From positions 32,001 through 96,000 of IMG/VR virus record IMGVR_UViG_3300031998_000006: a DNA stretch of 64,000 nt; one strand, written 5' to 3'. The translations under genes were made by a program, and so were the position numbers. This document shows, one piece after another, positions 29,359 through 39,886 of this stretch (position 1 is the first letter of the stretch; each line of letters opens with the position of its first letter). This DNA is from a virus (taxonomy: Duplodnaviria > Caudoviricetes). Under the pieces are notes generated by a model. That model had not been told where the DNA came from. It did no database searches and saw only the letters and a list, made by a program, of their open reading frames with translations.

Positions 29359-29781
29359 ATGGCATTTACTCGTCAAAATGGACTTACCGTCCAATCGGCA
29401 ATAGACACGACCTTCTTGGACACCGCACACTTTGATGCAGAGTGTGCCTTTCCTAGTGGGTATGAGGAACTTAACAAGTTGACTATTACCAATATTGGGG
29501 GGCTTCGTCCGTTCATCATCAACGATGGCGATTTGAAGACCCAGGAGTTCACTGTGGAAGCTATTCTTACCATCAAGCAGGAAGTGCTTCTCCATAATCT
29601 CTATACGGCTACAATCCATCCGGGTTATGTTGACTTGAGATACCCTATCATATTCAGTTGGGGTCATCCCGATAGCCCGAACCAGATTAAGTGCTATCTT
29701 GCAAACTACGAACCGCCCGATTCCGTGGACTATAGCAGTGCCGATATATTGGATGTCAAGCTCACGCTTCGGGCGATATAA
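29359..29781 (+). CDS. Hypothetical tail-region protein
   Basis: ORF between the tube and hub genes. Confidence 0.75.
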   Translation: MAFTRQNGLTVQSAIDTTFLDTAHFDAECAFPSGYEELNKLTITNIGGLRPFIINDGDLKTQEFTVEAILTIKQEVLLHNLYTATIHPGYVDLRYPIIFSWGHPDSPNQIKCYLANYEPPDSVDYSSADILDVKLTLRAI

Positions 29782-29798
29782 TCAACCGAGGAAATAAA

Positions 29799-30545
29799 AT
29801 GATTATACCCGTAAACAAGCTCCCTTCCAACTTCAAGCCTTATCCGTTTAAGTCCTTCAAGTTGAAAGCGATGAATCTGCAACAGGCTATCGACTTGGGA
29901 AAATCCCCTAGTCTGGTGGATGTCCGAAACTTGATACAGAAACTCGTGGACGATGAAATCGACGCGAAGATTCTTGTTCCGGTGGATGTGAAGTATATCC
30001 TGGCGATGCTCTCGTTCCACGCCTACCCGAAGATGTCTTGGACACTCAATCTTGAATGTCCGCATTGCAAGGACAAGCATAAGAGGGCAATCACTATGAA
30101 GGATTTCCCTCCGGTCCCGAGTCTTTCGGACGATGACCCCTATCCGCTAACGATTGACGATGAAACCCACGTGTGGAAGCTGGGCTACTGCTCCGTTGAG
30201 GACTGGGACCAGATGGTGTCCAAGCTGAACATCGGCAAGGACACCCAGATTGAAGACCTTGACCCAGCAATGTACATCGACATCATCGCACCCTATGTGC
30301 TTTCCGTTGACGATAGCACGGAGAATATCCGTGAGAAGTTGCTGAACATCGAGGATTTCAATGTCCTTAACTTGATGCTTGAAGCAATCAAGACCTACTT
30401 CCTCGATGACACGGAAGCCGAATTTGAATGCCCCAAGTGCAAGAAGAAATATAGCGTGGCTTTGAGTGCCGTGGAGGTCACTCAATACACCCCGTTTCTT
30501 GACAAGAAAGCGGTTAGCAGATATAAGGTTAATTTTAGGATTTGA
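29799..30545 (+). CDS. Baseplate hub / tail assembly chaperone (T4 gp26-like)
   Basis: KLPSNFKPY, DVKYILAML, CPHC and CPKC motifs; precedes the tape-measure-like gene. Confidence 0.65.
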   Translation: MIIPVNKLPSNFKPYPFKSFKLKAMNLQQAIDLGKSPSLVDVRNLIQKLVDDEIDAKILVPVDVKYILAMLSFHAYPKMSWTLNLECPHCKDKHKRAITMKDFPPVPSLSDDDPYPLTIDDETHVWKLGYCSVEDWDQMVSKLNIGKDTQIEDLDPAMYIDIIAPYVLSVDDSTENIREKLLNIEDFNVLNLMLEAIKTYFLDDTEAEFECPKCKKKYSVALSAVEVTQYTPFLDKKAVSRYKVNFRI

Positions 30546-30663
30546 CCTTGATATGACTAAATCCGTGGCAGAGGTGGAAGACTACCTCCGCGCCCGTGAA
30601 GAGATGCTTGAGAACGAGAAGAAGAAAGCACAGACCAAGAAACCGCCTATGAGGTAAGACACT

Positions 30664-32649
30664 ATGGCTACTTTGCAAGACCTTATGAATGGCTTGAAGA
30701 ATCAGCGAGAGAGGGCTTCCGAGAAGTCCCCTGTTGCGGATGCCTTGAACAAGACTATGACGGGTATGAAGCAAGTGTCAACCGCCATAGACAAGTTGCA
30801 GTTGGCGGTTCGTGACCAGATGGCTGCCAATATGGTTGCAAAGAAAGCCGGTAACTCGGACGACGTGAATACAACCATCCGTAGTATGCTCAAGGCTAAA
30901 GTTGCCGAAGACCAGCTTGAATCCGAACGCCACAAGCGGATGATGGACATTGCGGAGGAACTTGTTCCGAAGGTCACGGAAGAGCAGTTGAAAGCGTTCC
31001 GTATGCAACAGTTGGTTGCACGTGAACACAAGAAGACTCTTGAAGCTACGATAGAGATTGAAGAGAAAAAGGCGGCTATACAGAAGAAGAACGAAGAGGA
31101 AATCGCCAAGCGAAGAATTGCCGTCATTGAGAAGGAGAGGGCGCAAGCCAACTTTGATGCCCAGGACAAGTATGGCACTATCGAGTCTGCTATTGGTGGG
31201 CTGGGTGGCAAGGCACAAGATACCTTGTCCAAGTTTCTTGTTGATGGCTTGAATCGCTTTGTGAAGGAACGCAAGGAAACTCCGGTTGTACAGAACATCA
31301 AGGAAACTTACGATGCGAAGGTTGACCGCCAGAACAATATTGCGAACAACCGCAAGGCACAGATAGACAAGGTTCTTGGCACAAAGAAGGAGGACATCAA
31401 CGAAGAGTTCTCCATTCGTGCGGCAAAGTATGGCATTTCCAATCCGGGTTCGGCTGCGAAGCTGTACATGGATAGGGAATCGCAAGTCAGTTCTCTTGCT
31501 AGGGAGGGGGAGAGCCTTGAGAAATCCCTTGTTTCGGGTAGGGCGAAGTTCAGTTCTCCTAGGATGGAATCCGCAATCCAGGATGTGGCTAAAGCTATCC
31601 GTGGAGAAGCCCCGGAAAAGAAAGCACCGGCTGCCAAGGTAACGAAGAAGGAAGAACCCGAAATCGTGCCTACCTTGCCGAAGGGTCACATCGAGGATTT
31701 TGTAAACGAAACCACAAGACCTATGACCGCTCCGCAGGCGAAGGTTCTTGATGATGTTCCTAGACACACGATTGTTCCCGATGTAGAACCGGAATCAAAG
31801 CCCGAAGCCCAGACTACGGCAAAGCCTGCTCCGAAGAACGCAAGGTTTGAGCGTGCGAAGGTGCAGAGAACTAGACCTAGTGGCCCGGCTACGAAGCGGT
31901 CTGCTCCGTTGGCTCCCGTGCAATCCCCAGCATCCACGGGTATGTTCGGTAGCAAGTCCGGTGCCGTAAACTTCGGTGGTATTACAAAGGCTCTTGGTGG
32001 AATCGTGAGCAAGCTGGGTACTATCGCAAGTTCAGCGGTAAAGTTCCTCGGTCCGTGGGCATTGGTGGCAAATTCCATTATGGCGTTTGACAGACTCGTT
32101 CCTATCGTGAGCGATTTGGCTGGGGCTATTATGGATATGTCAAAGCTCATTATGCCTTTGATTGTGTCCTCCATCATTGAAACGGGGGCGCAGATTCTAG
32201 GTGGCATCAATGGCTTGATAAACTTATTCGACCATGCAAAGTTAATTGGTCCGCATTGGACTGACAAGAATCCCGAAGTTCAGCAGGCGCTCTCTCAAGA
32301 AAGGGAGAAGGAAGCCGAACGGCAATCAAAGCTCCAAAAGGCGAAGAAGGAATCCGCTCAAGGCGGTGTGGTTATCGACACTACCTCCGCTCGTAGGGGT
32401 GCGGTTGTAGGCACGGCTACGGTCACTAGAAGGGAGATGGCTCTTACGCCCCCGTCCGAAGAGAATGCAATCAAGGAGCAGGCTAGGGTTGCACAAGCAC
32501 CCGCACCTACTCCGTATCAAGCCGCGGATTGGCAGCAACAGAAGGAGCAGAACCAAGCGCTCCGTGAATCCGTCATTGCCGCATCCCATAACCCCGGAAC
32601 AACCCCGATTATGGTGGCTAACCCCGCTCTTGCTCCGTGGGCGGTGTAG
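30664..32649 (+). CDS. Tape-measure-like protein
   Basis: Long helical Ala/Lys/Glu-rich protein with an amphipathic Gly/Ala/Leu/Ile segment, located in the tail module. Confidence 0.55.
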   Translation: MATLQDLMNGLKNQRERASEKSPVADALNKTMTGMKQVSTAIDKLQLAVRDQMAANMVAKKAGNSDDVNTTIRSMLKAKVAEDQLESERHKRMMDIAEELVPKVTEEQLKAFRMQQLVAREHKKTLEATIEIEEKKAAIQKKNEEEIAKRRIAVIEKERAQANFDAQDKYGTIESAIGGLGGKAQDTLSKFLVDGLNRFVKERKETPVVQNIKETYDAKVDRQNNIANNRKAQIDKVLGTKKEDINEEFSIRAAKYGISNPGSAAKLYMDRESQVSSLAREGESLEKSLVSGRAKFSSPRMESAIQDVAKAIRGEAPEKKAPAAKVTKKEEPEIVPTLPKGHIEDFVNETTRPMTAPQAKVLDDVPRHTIVPDVEPESKPEAQTTAKPAPKNARFERAKVQRTRPSGPATKRSAPLAPVQSPASTGMFGSKSGAVNFGGITKALGGIVSKLGTIASSAVKFLGPWALVANSIMAFDRLVPIVSDLAGAIMDMSKLIMPLIVSSIIETGAQILGGINGLINLFDHAKLIGPHWTDKNPEVQQALSQEREKEAERQSKLQKAKKESAQGGVVIDTTSARRGAVVGTATVTRREMALTPPSEENAIKEQARVAQAPAPTPYQAADWQQQKEQNQALRESVIAASHNPGTTPIMVANPALAPWAV

Positions 32650-32661
32650 TGAGGTATTGCT

Positions 32662-33582
32662 ATGGATGGTATTGAATCTAAAGAATTTCGTAGGCTTGCT
32701 AGACAGAATTGTTATCGCTATGGGTGTATCTATGTGTATTCCGATGGTTATGTGTCGTTGGACAAGCACAATTTCCCGAACTATAGTTCCAAGGACGGAA
32801 CGGGGGCTGTTGAGAAGTTCCTTACTTTGATACAGAGCCTAGGTTCTCAAGCAACCGGCAACGACCCCGCTGATAAGTTGTCCAAGCCCCTTCCGGGTGT
32901 GCAATGGTCTGGGGATAGTCTTGACGTGTCCATCAGTCTTGACGGGGAGATGTACTTTATAGACTATCGTGACTATGTGACCTACAAGCGCCAAATTCGT
33001 AACGAACTCGTATCGCAGGGATGGGAGCAGGTTGTATCACGAAACGAAACCTTGGGTATGAGCCTATCGTCCTATAGACCCACGAAGCACGGCTCGGATG
33101 CTCTGTACAACGATGACCCTGTGGATGCGGCTGGGATGGCTATGATGACATCCGCAATGCAACACACTATGGACCAAGGCAAGATGCTCGTGGGCTATAT
33201 CAGTAACGATTCACAGATGTATGCGGAGGGCAAGGCTCGTTCGGAATCCTCTATGGCTGGACGGAATGCCGGTATTCCTATTGCCGGTGGTCTTACTGGC
33301 ATCGGTGCAAATATCGGGGCGGGCATTGAAGCGATGGGTGCGAACTTCAATTCGGGCATTGTGGGCAAGTGGGCTTGTGCCGGTCATCCGGTGGAACTGC
33401 TCATAGAGGGGCAAGTAATGGCTCAAAGCGTCAGCGGAGTCCTCACGGAAGCCACCTTCACGGAAAAGGGCTACGTGGTGGACGAAACCTCCAACGGGGC
33501 GGTCTATCCTACACAGATGCACGTGAACATCAACATCAAGAATATGTATGGGGCATTATCTACTACTAGCTCCGTAAAATAA
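32662..33582 (+). CDS. Hypothetical tail/baseplate protein
   Basis: GAGG RBS; context; C-terminal YPTQMHVNINI. Confidence 0.7.
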   Translation: MDGIESKEFRRLARQNCYRYGCIYVYSDGYVSLDKHNFPNYSSKDGTGAVEKFLTLIQSLGSQATGNDPADKLSKPLPGVQWSGDSLDVSISLDGEMYFIDYRDYVTYKRQIRNELVSQGWEQVVSRNETLGMSLSSYRPTKHGSDALYNDDPVDAAGMAMMTSAMQHTMDQGKMLVGYISNDSQMYAEGKARSESSMAGRNAGIPIAGGLTGIGANIGAGIEAMGANFNSGIVGKWACAGHPVELLIEGQVMAQSVSGVLTEATFTEKGYVVDETSNGAVYPTQMHVNINIKNMYGALSTTSSVK

Positions 33583-33596
33583 TAGGAGAGGGTCTT

Positions 33597-33863
33597 ATGC
33601 TCGAACAGAAAACCATTGAACGATTCTTGGCGAATAACAGTAGTGTCAATCCGCAGTCCGTTATGGGTAATGTGGTGCAGGCGAATCTCAAGACGAGATA
33701 CCGCCCGGACGAGCTGTTCATCCGTGATGGCTATATGAAATGGGATATGATTTTCAACGGCATCGACACTCCCCATCGTATGCCCAATCGTGCTACGATG
33801 GCTCAAGTGGACCGCACTTGGCTTGCTACCGAACTGAACGAATTGAAGGACTTTAAAATCTAA
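33597..33863 (+). CDS. Small baseplate-type protein (gp53/LysM-like candidate)
   Basis: RYRPDEL...WDMIFNGIDTP resembles the gp53-like 'RPD...W...NGI' pattern; weak evidence. Confidence 0.55.
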   Translation: MLEQKTIERFLANNSSVNPQSVMGNVVQANLKTRYRPDELFIRDGYMKWDMIFNGIDTPHRMPNRATMAQVDRTWLATELNELKDFKI

Positions 33864-34666
33864 TGCTTGAATGTTCTCTTGGAAAGATTGAAGGTGCGGT
33901 AATCCGCAAGGCTTTGTCCGGTTACACCTTTGCCGAACTGCAAGTGCCGATGGACAACTACTCGGACTCTCCGAAGTTTACCTTGACGGTGGACAGTGTG
34001 AAGACGGAATACAAGACCGTTGGAAGCGAGGTGTATATGCACCCCGGAGAGAAGGTGCAAGTTAAGGTTTCCGCTATCAAGGCTGACCAAGAGAAGTGGC
34101 TTGAACCTAATCCGTTGTCCGTTGAGTCTATGGAAGCATCCGAAATCCTCAAGGGGCTTGGTATAGAGAATGGACCGAAGATTCCCATTACTCTATTGAA
34201 CCTTTTCTTGAACAAGGGTCAGTTGGCTGTGGTGCTTTCCAATATGTCGCCAAAGTCAGCATTCGTGGACTTTGAGTCTGGCAAGGTTGCGTACTATTCG
34301 GAACTCTACAAGCAGAAGCCCACACAGGTTCAAGTTCCGTTTCGTAGGATGTACGGACGAGCGCCCATTGCCGGTTACATCGGATGGGAGAGCCTAGTCA
34401 GCGGAGTGTTTCCTGATGATACCCAAGTTGTCCTTCCTTATGGTCAGTTTACGAACATCGACCAGTCCACGATGGAAAACTTGATGAACAACTGCAATGA
34501 GATTTCCAAGATGTTTAGCGATATGCAGATATTCACTTGGGCTGCCGAATTGCCGGTGGGTGGCACGGTATTGAGTCCGCTGACCTATGACAAGAAGGTT
34601 ATCGTGGCGGCAGAAGAGCAATGGGATGTCAACGACAATGTTGTGGCAGCCTACTATTGCATTTGA
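33863..34666 (+). CDS. Hypothetical baseplate-region protein
   Basis: Translationally coupled (TAATG) to the previous gene. Confidence 0.75.
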   Translation: MLECSLGKIEGAVIRKALSGYTFAELQVPMDNYSDSPKFTLTVDSVKTEYKTVGSEVYMHPGEKVQVKVSAIKADQEKWLEPNPLSVESMEASEILKGLGIENGPKIPITLLNLFLNKGQLAVVLSNMSPKSAFVDFESGKVAYYSELYKQKPTQVQVPFRRMYGRAPIAGYIGWESLVSGVFPDDTQVVLPYGQFTNIDQSTMENLMNNCNEISKMFSDMQIFTWAAELPVGGTVLSPLTYDKKVIVAAEEQWDVNDNVVAAYYCI

Positions 34667-34675
34667 GTGTGGTCT

Positions 34676-34921
34676 ATGAAGTATCTGTTAATTAAGTCTG
34701 TAATCGGCATAAAGGGGGCAACCCCGATGTCTATGGCTACACCAGTGGTAACGGAATGCCGTTCCAAGCAGGAAGCCCTAAACGTCCTAAATGGCGAAGT
34801 ACGGGGCTTCCGTGATGGCGTCAAGCGATTCCGCAAGGTGGCTGAATCAAGGGGAGATATAGTTGCCGAGTGCTTCCATACCCACGACGAAATCCTTACC
34901 TACACGATTGTAAAGGCATAG
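34676..34921 (+). CDS. Hypothetical protein
   Basis: Short ORF that ends the operon. Confidence 0.55.
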   Translation: MKYLLIKSVIGIKGATPMSMATPVVTECRSKQEALNVLNGEVRGFRDGVKRFRKVAESRGDIVAECFHTHDEILTYTIVKA

Positions 34922-34955
34922 CCTAAATTTTTCTTAATTATTTTACGAAACCCTA

Positions 34956-34984
34956 TTGACAGAATCTAGGTAAAGTGTTATATT
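34956..34984 (+). promoter_or_regulatory. Sigma70-type early promoter (repeated family)
   Basis: TTGACA-17-TATATT with GTAAAGTGT just before the -10. Confidence 0.85.
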
Positions 34985-35011
34985 TGGTAACAGATAACCA
35001 CAACCGGGGAT

Positions 35012-36140
35012 ATGCCGATGGGCGAAGAACTCAAGATACGGAAGGAATCTAACCACTACACCGCCACTTACAATGGCAGGACTTTGTGGATTAAGCACGA
35101 TTATCAGTTTGACACTTGGGATGTTGAGGAACCTTGGGCTACCAAGAATCCCGATGGCACTTTTAAGAGCAAGCATCTTGATTCGTTTGACCGCCTTTAT
35201 AGGGCGAAGAATTATGTCGTCCGCATCCTCGCAAGAGATTTGAAGCGTTCGGAGGTATAGTATGCGGTGGAACAGAAATGTAAAAGAAATCCCGCCAAAG
35301 ACCGAAATCCTTGTCCTTACCGACTTGGGCGAAGTCCTTATTGCTTGGAGAAACCGAAAGAACGGCAGATACCTTGATGTCAAGACCCTACTGAATGACA
35401 AGATTGAATGGCTTTCCAAGAGCATTGACTTGAAGGAAAAGTGGGGCAAGGCTCACTATTGCCCGATTGTCTATTGGAGTAGGATAGACAACCTCACGAA
35501 GAAGCAGCACGATGCCGTGTTTGAACCCAGCCCTCGTTGGAACAAGATGTTCGACTATAACGGAATTTAAATTAGAGGTACATAATGAACGGAAAGACAT
35601 CCATCTATAGTTTTGAAATCGACAATCTCCTTGACCCTAACGGGGGATTGTGGCACGATACCACCATCCGTGTTGTAGATACGGATTACGAAAAGGCATA
35701 CTCCCGTGCAATGGAAATTGCCCCCAAGGTGTTCCCGGACGGCACGAAGTTGCGTTACACGGTCTCCGTGGGTACTTGGGATGATTCGTTGCCGGAGAAC
35801 AAGCAATACTCGGCATCTGGCTACAAGTATTTCCGCAAGAGCTTGCCACCGGCAACCCTTGAAGACTACAACACCGCTACGGGTAACTAGCCCTATGAAT
35901 GTTGAAGTATTCAAGAACCTTTGCCGGACCGTGTTCCCGGATTGCTACATCCGCTGTGTGTCCAAGAGCATCCCTATTGTGGATGTGGACTTGTGGCACT
36001 ACGGACCGAGGATAGCACACTTCTGGAAGGATAGCTGCGTGGCTTGGTACAAGGGCGAAACTTTCTGTGCCAAGTGCGATTGGACATCCGAAGAGTTTGA
36101 AGCCCTTCTCAAGAACGTCAAGGAATCCTACGGAAAGTAG
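35012..36140 (+). CDS. Four short hypothetical early genes (35012-35260, 35262-35570, 35585-35890, ~35895-36140)
   Basis: Tightly packed + strand ORFs after the promoter, most with an RBS. Confidence 0.7.
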
Positions 36141-36353
36141 CAATCCACAATCTGCACACTTTATTCACAATTTCTATATTTGGTGCGGATGCCCCCCATC
36201 GTGTGTACGATGCTCCCCTATAATTCCAAGGGCATCCGCACCATCTACTAGGTCTGGATTATATGCAACTTGGAAGCACTCCCGGAATTTTTGCAATCCT
36301 TATCCTTGGTGGGGGTGCTTCCAAATTTTTAAATCAATCGAGGTAAATACAAT

Positions 36354-36734
36354 ATGGCTCATAAGAATGCCCCCAAGGTCACTCCCGAATCCGCAAAGCT
36401 CAACTACGAAGCGTTCATCACGGAACAGGCGAAGGAGTTCGCCCCGATGTTACAGGAAGCCTTTCCAACCCAGTCAGCCCTTCTCATCGCCCTAGACAAC
36501 TCCGTTCGCTACTTGGGAACGGCAAGCGAAACGATGCCCAAGGTAACGGCTGACGATTTCTGTATGCACGGACCGCTCAATAGCTTCCCGAACCAGTTGC
36601 TTGCCCTGATGGTGCTTTTCGTGGCAAGTGGTGTGTTCGTGTCCACGGACCCCGAAGTGCAAGTGTTCTCCATTAAGAATGCCAGCAAGTGGGTGTTCAC
36701 AGGCAAGATTCCCACCACGAAGGTATGCGGCTGA
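36354..36734 (+). CDS. Hypothetical protein
   Basis: GAGG RBS; preceded by a structured leader. Confidence 0.75.
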   Translation: MAHKNAPKVTPESAKLNYEAFITEQAKEFAPMLQEAFPTQSALLIALDNSVRYLGTASETMPKVTADDFCMHGPLNSFPNQLLALMVLFVASGVFVSTDPEVQVFSIKNASKWVFTGKIPTTKVCG

Positions 36735-37135
36735 TGCAGTTCTTGAGGGACTTGTTTTTATGTGCCGTGGTCATCGGGTGTGGATTCGTAGCCCCTTTCT
36801 GTTTGTGTGACCGCCTGTTTGAACTCCCAGTTGAAATATCGCTGATGGTTGGATGGGTAATCTGTTCCGTCCTTACCGCTTGGCTGATGGGCAAAGGAGA
36901 TGATGACGATGACTAAACAGAAGCACTATCCGTTGGTACCCGGCAAGGAGCATCCGCATAACGATACGGTTACTATATCCCGAATGGAGTACGATATGCT
37001 CCGTGAAATCGCAAGGCTGCACGAGATGCTTTTGAATAGAGTGGAGAAGGTCCTGCCCGAAGTCCGTGCCGACTTCAAGAAGCTGACCGGCAAATAAGCC
37101 CCCAATAAAAATATCAATTATTTTAAGAATATCTG

Positions 37136-37163
37136 TTGACGATGGCAGATATTTTGTTATATT
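37136..37163 (+). promoter_or_regulatory. Early promoter (repeated family)
   Basis: TTGACG-16-TATATT, followed by an AC-rich leader and CCGAGGAT RBS. Confidence 0.75.
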
Positions 37164-37206
37164 TAGAGTACATAGACAACCAACCACACAATCCGAGGAT
37201 AGCCGA

Positions 37207-38250
37207 ATGGCAAAGCAGAAGAAGGTAAAGAAGGTAGAGGAAGCGGTAAACCCCATCGTGTTCAACTGCAACTACCTTACACTCAAGAGAGCGGAGTCCG
37301 TGATGGGCAAGCATCTCAACCCTATCGTGATGGACACCCTCAAGGACAAGGCGAAGCTCTACAAGTTTCGTAGGCTCAAGATTCTTCCGCTGACCATCCA
37401 CTACTATGAGAAGTTCAAGGATGCCCCCGGCTATGTGCCGGTGGAATTGGGCGATGTCCTCGGATGCCCCATCAACTCCTATCTGTGTGATGCCTATGTC
37501 TATCCAAGCCCCCGTTGCAGAATCCGCAAGCTATCGGAGCGTGCCACCCAGTTCCTTCTCTCGCTGGGTGTTCCATCGGACGATTTGAGGATTGAATATC
37601 GCAAGTATCTTTCCGATTCAGCGGAAGCGAGTGAGCAGGAAGAGGTGCATCCCGGAATCTCTAGCGGTTTCTTCGAGGAACTTCTTGAACTCCCCATCAA
37701 CGGGCATACGGAATACATCTACGTGCTTTCGTCGCCGGAGATGTGCTATGTGACCCATCGCCGTGACCCGAAGGTTGGCGAGAACGAATACTTCAACATC
37801 CCCGTCCACCGAACGATGCGTAGCACGGAGATGATTGGGGCAGCCCTTGAATACGATGAGAAGTATGACAACCCCACGACCGGAAGCCTTTTCGACGTGG
37901 AATCATTCCTTGCGAATCTGTGGATTGCAGAAACCCTCCATACTTGCGAACCTTGTATGGAACCGGAATGGTCTAGGCACGCTACGGATAGGCTCGTGGT
38001 TGCATCGGGCAAGAAGCCCTTGAAGCACTCGCAGGCTTACCGCTACATCCACATCACGGACGAGGTGTGGACGAAGTACGAGGGTGGCTTGAAAAATGTC
38101 CGTGAGTGCAAGAATTTCAGCGTTCCTAGCTGGTTCGTCCGCGCCCACTATGCGAGGATGCACGGGAAGACGGTACTCGTCAAGGCTCACTATGCCTACA
38201 GAAGAAAGGGAATCGTGAACACGGCTGAACCCGTGGATTACATAGTCTAA
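37207..38250 (+). CDS. Hypothetical protein with C-terminal VRAHY...VKAHY repeat
   Basis: 347-aa ORF with RBS; duplicated VxAHYA motif. Confidence 0.8.
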   Translation: MAKQKKVKKVEEAVNPIVFNCNYLTLKRAESVMGKHLNPIVMDTLKDKAKLYKFRRLKILPLTIHYYEKFKDAPGYVPVELGDVLGCPINSYLCDAYVYPSPRCRIRKLSERATQFLLSLGVPSDDLRIEYRKYLSDSAEASEQEEVHPGISSGFFEELLELPINGHTEYIYVLSSPEMCYVTHRRDPKVGENEYFNIPVHRTMRSTEMIGAALEYDEKYDNPTTGSLFDVESFLANLWIAETLHTCEPCMEPEWSRHATDRLVVASGKKPLKHSQAYRYIHITDEVWTKYEGGLKNVRECKNFSVPSWFVRAHYARMHGKTVLVKAHYAYRRKGIVNTAEPVDYIV

Positions 38251-38280
38251 AAAAAAATTGAATTATTTTACGAAATCCTA

Positions 38281-38309
38281 TTGACAGACATTAGATAAAG
38301 TGTTATATT
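38281..38309 (+). promoter_or_regulatory. Early promoter (repeated family)
   Basis: TTGACA-17-TATATT, with GATAAAGTGTTATATT. Confidence 0.85.
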
Positions 38310-38854
38310 TAGGTTGTAATTGATAACCACAACCACTTACACCGAGGATTATCCCAATGAAAATCAATGTTGTTACTCCGCAGGATGCTATCGAACTCAT
38401 AGAGTTCTCCACCGGCATCAACATCCATAAGTTCAACTGGGTGCATCGCCCCGAACAGGCTTCCGCTTGCTTCGACATCAATGGCGAACCCGCAAAGATT
38501 ATCGTGTACAAGATGGGCCTCAAGGGTCTTGTTGACATTATCTTGCCGGGTCGTGGAATCAGCATCAACATCATCGACCGCAAGGACCACGAACTCTACA
38601 ACATCTAGGGGTATATGCTATGGAAAAGATTGAAGAGATTAGAACCTATTGGTGCGTCCGCTTGAAGTCTAGCCAGTTCAAGAGAACTCACGTGTTTTGT
38701 CAGTTTGCCGGGGAGTTCCGCTTGCAGTATCGCCAGTGGCTTGAAGACCATCTCCCGAAGCTCCAAGAAAAGTATGGCAAGGATATGATTGCCTTGAGAG
38801 TTACTACCGCTGGTGGACTCAACCGCCCCTACAACCCGAACAAGGACTAGACCT

Positions 38855-39418
38855 ATGAAGATTGAATATATTACCAAACCGCTCCCCCAGTATGTGACCA
38901 CTACCCTTGCTCCGGGGATGAAGTACCATAGCACTACCTACACTTGCCCTCTGTGCAAGATTCCGTACAGCAAGCGTGACTTTGAAGCCCACGTGTTCAA
39001 GACCCACGGAAGCCGAATCGACGAAGCATTCGCTCTGCTCTACGGTGTTCCGTTCCCTAGCCGTTGCTCTTGCGGAAAGGAACTCCACTACAGCCAAGCC
39101 AAGAAGGGATTCCCGAAGACTTGTGGTAACTGCTCTATGGGAACTACAGAATCCCCGAAGTACAAGAATGCCGATGATGCCCACAAGCACGTGGAACAGT
39201 TGCAGGCATTGCTTGCGAATGCTAGGGCAGAGGAAACCCGATTGAAGAAGGAAGCCGAACTCTCCAAGATTCCGCTTGACCAACTAAACTTCCCTTCCTC
39301 CAAGTACAATCCGTTTATGAAGAGGTTGACGATGATGATTCGCACCTATGCCGTGAACGGAGAATCGGACAAGCTCAAGGAACTTGCAAACTTCATAGAC
39401 TCAAAGATTGCAGATTAA
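38855..39418 (+). CDS. Zinc-finger protein
   Basis: C2H2 motif CPLC-x12-H-x4-H, plus CSCG and CGNC; coiled-coil C-terminus. Confidence 0.75.
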   Translation: MKIEYITKPLPQYVTTTLAPGMKYHSTTYTCPLCKIPYSKRDFEAHVFKTHGSRIDEAFALLYGVPFPSRCSCGKELHYSQAKKGFPKTCGNCSMGTTESPKYKNADDAHKHVEQLQALLANARAEETRLKKEAELSKIPLDQLNFPSSKYNPFMKRLTMMIRTYAVNGESDKLKELANFIDSKIAD

Positions 39419-39445
39419 CAATCAACCTAGAGGAAACTAATTCCA

Positions 39446-39754
39446 ATGAAGAAAATTATTCTGGCGGTGTTGACCGCTTCTGTTATGTCCAATGCCGGTA
39501 TGTTCTCGTATATGGAAGCATCCGAAGCCAAGGACAACGCCCGTGCCGCCAACCGCACCGCTACGGAAAACAAGAGGTCTATTGAGGTGGTTAAGGAAGA
39601 TGTGCAGATGCTTAACCGAAAGGTAAAGTGGATGAAGGATTCCATCCACACTCTAAATGTTAAGCTGGATTCTCTTCAAGCCCAGAATCGGGAAATCCTT
39701 GAACTCTTGAAGTCTTTCAATACTGACAAGAAGGGGTACTTGAGAATAAGATGA
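39446..39754 (+). CDS. Signal-peptide-bearing coiled-coil protein
   Basis: MKKIILAVLTASVMSNA signal peptide followed by heptad repeats. Confidence 0.75.
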   Translation: MKKIILAVLTASVMSNAGMFSYMEASEAKDNARAANRTATENKRSIEVVKEDVQMLNRKVKWMKDSIHTLNVKLDSLQAQNREILELLKSFNTDKKGYLRIR

Positions 39755-39886
39755 AAAGACATCGTATCAAGGGTCAACACATAGTTTTTGTGGGAACTAT
39801 CATTATCTGTGGGATAGGTAGTTTGCTTCGACTTCTGGAACTCTTTCAGCATTAAAATTCACTCACAACCAAAGGAAAACAACCAA

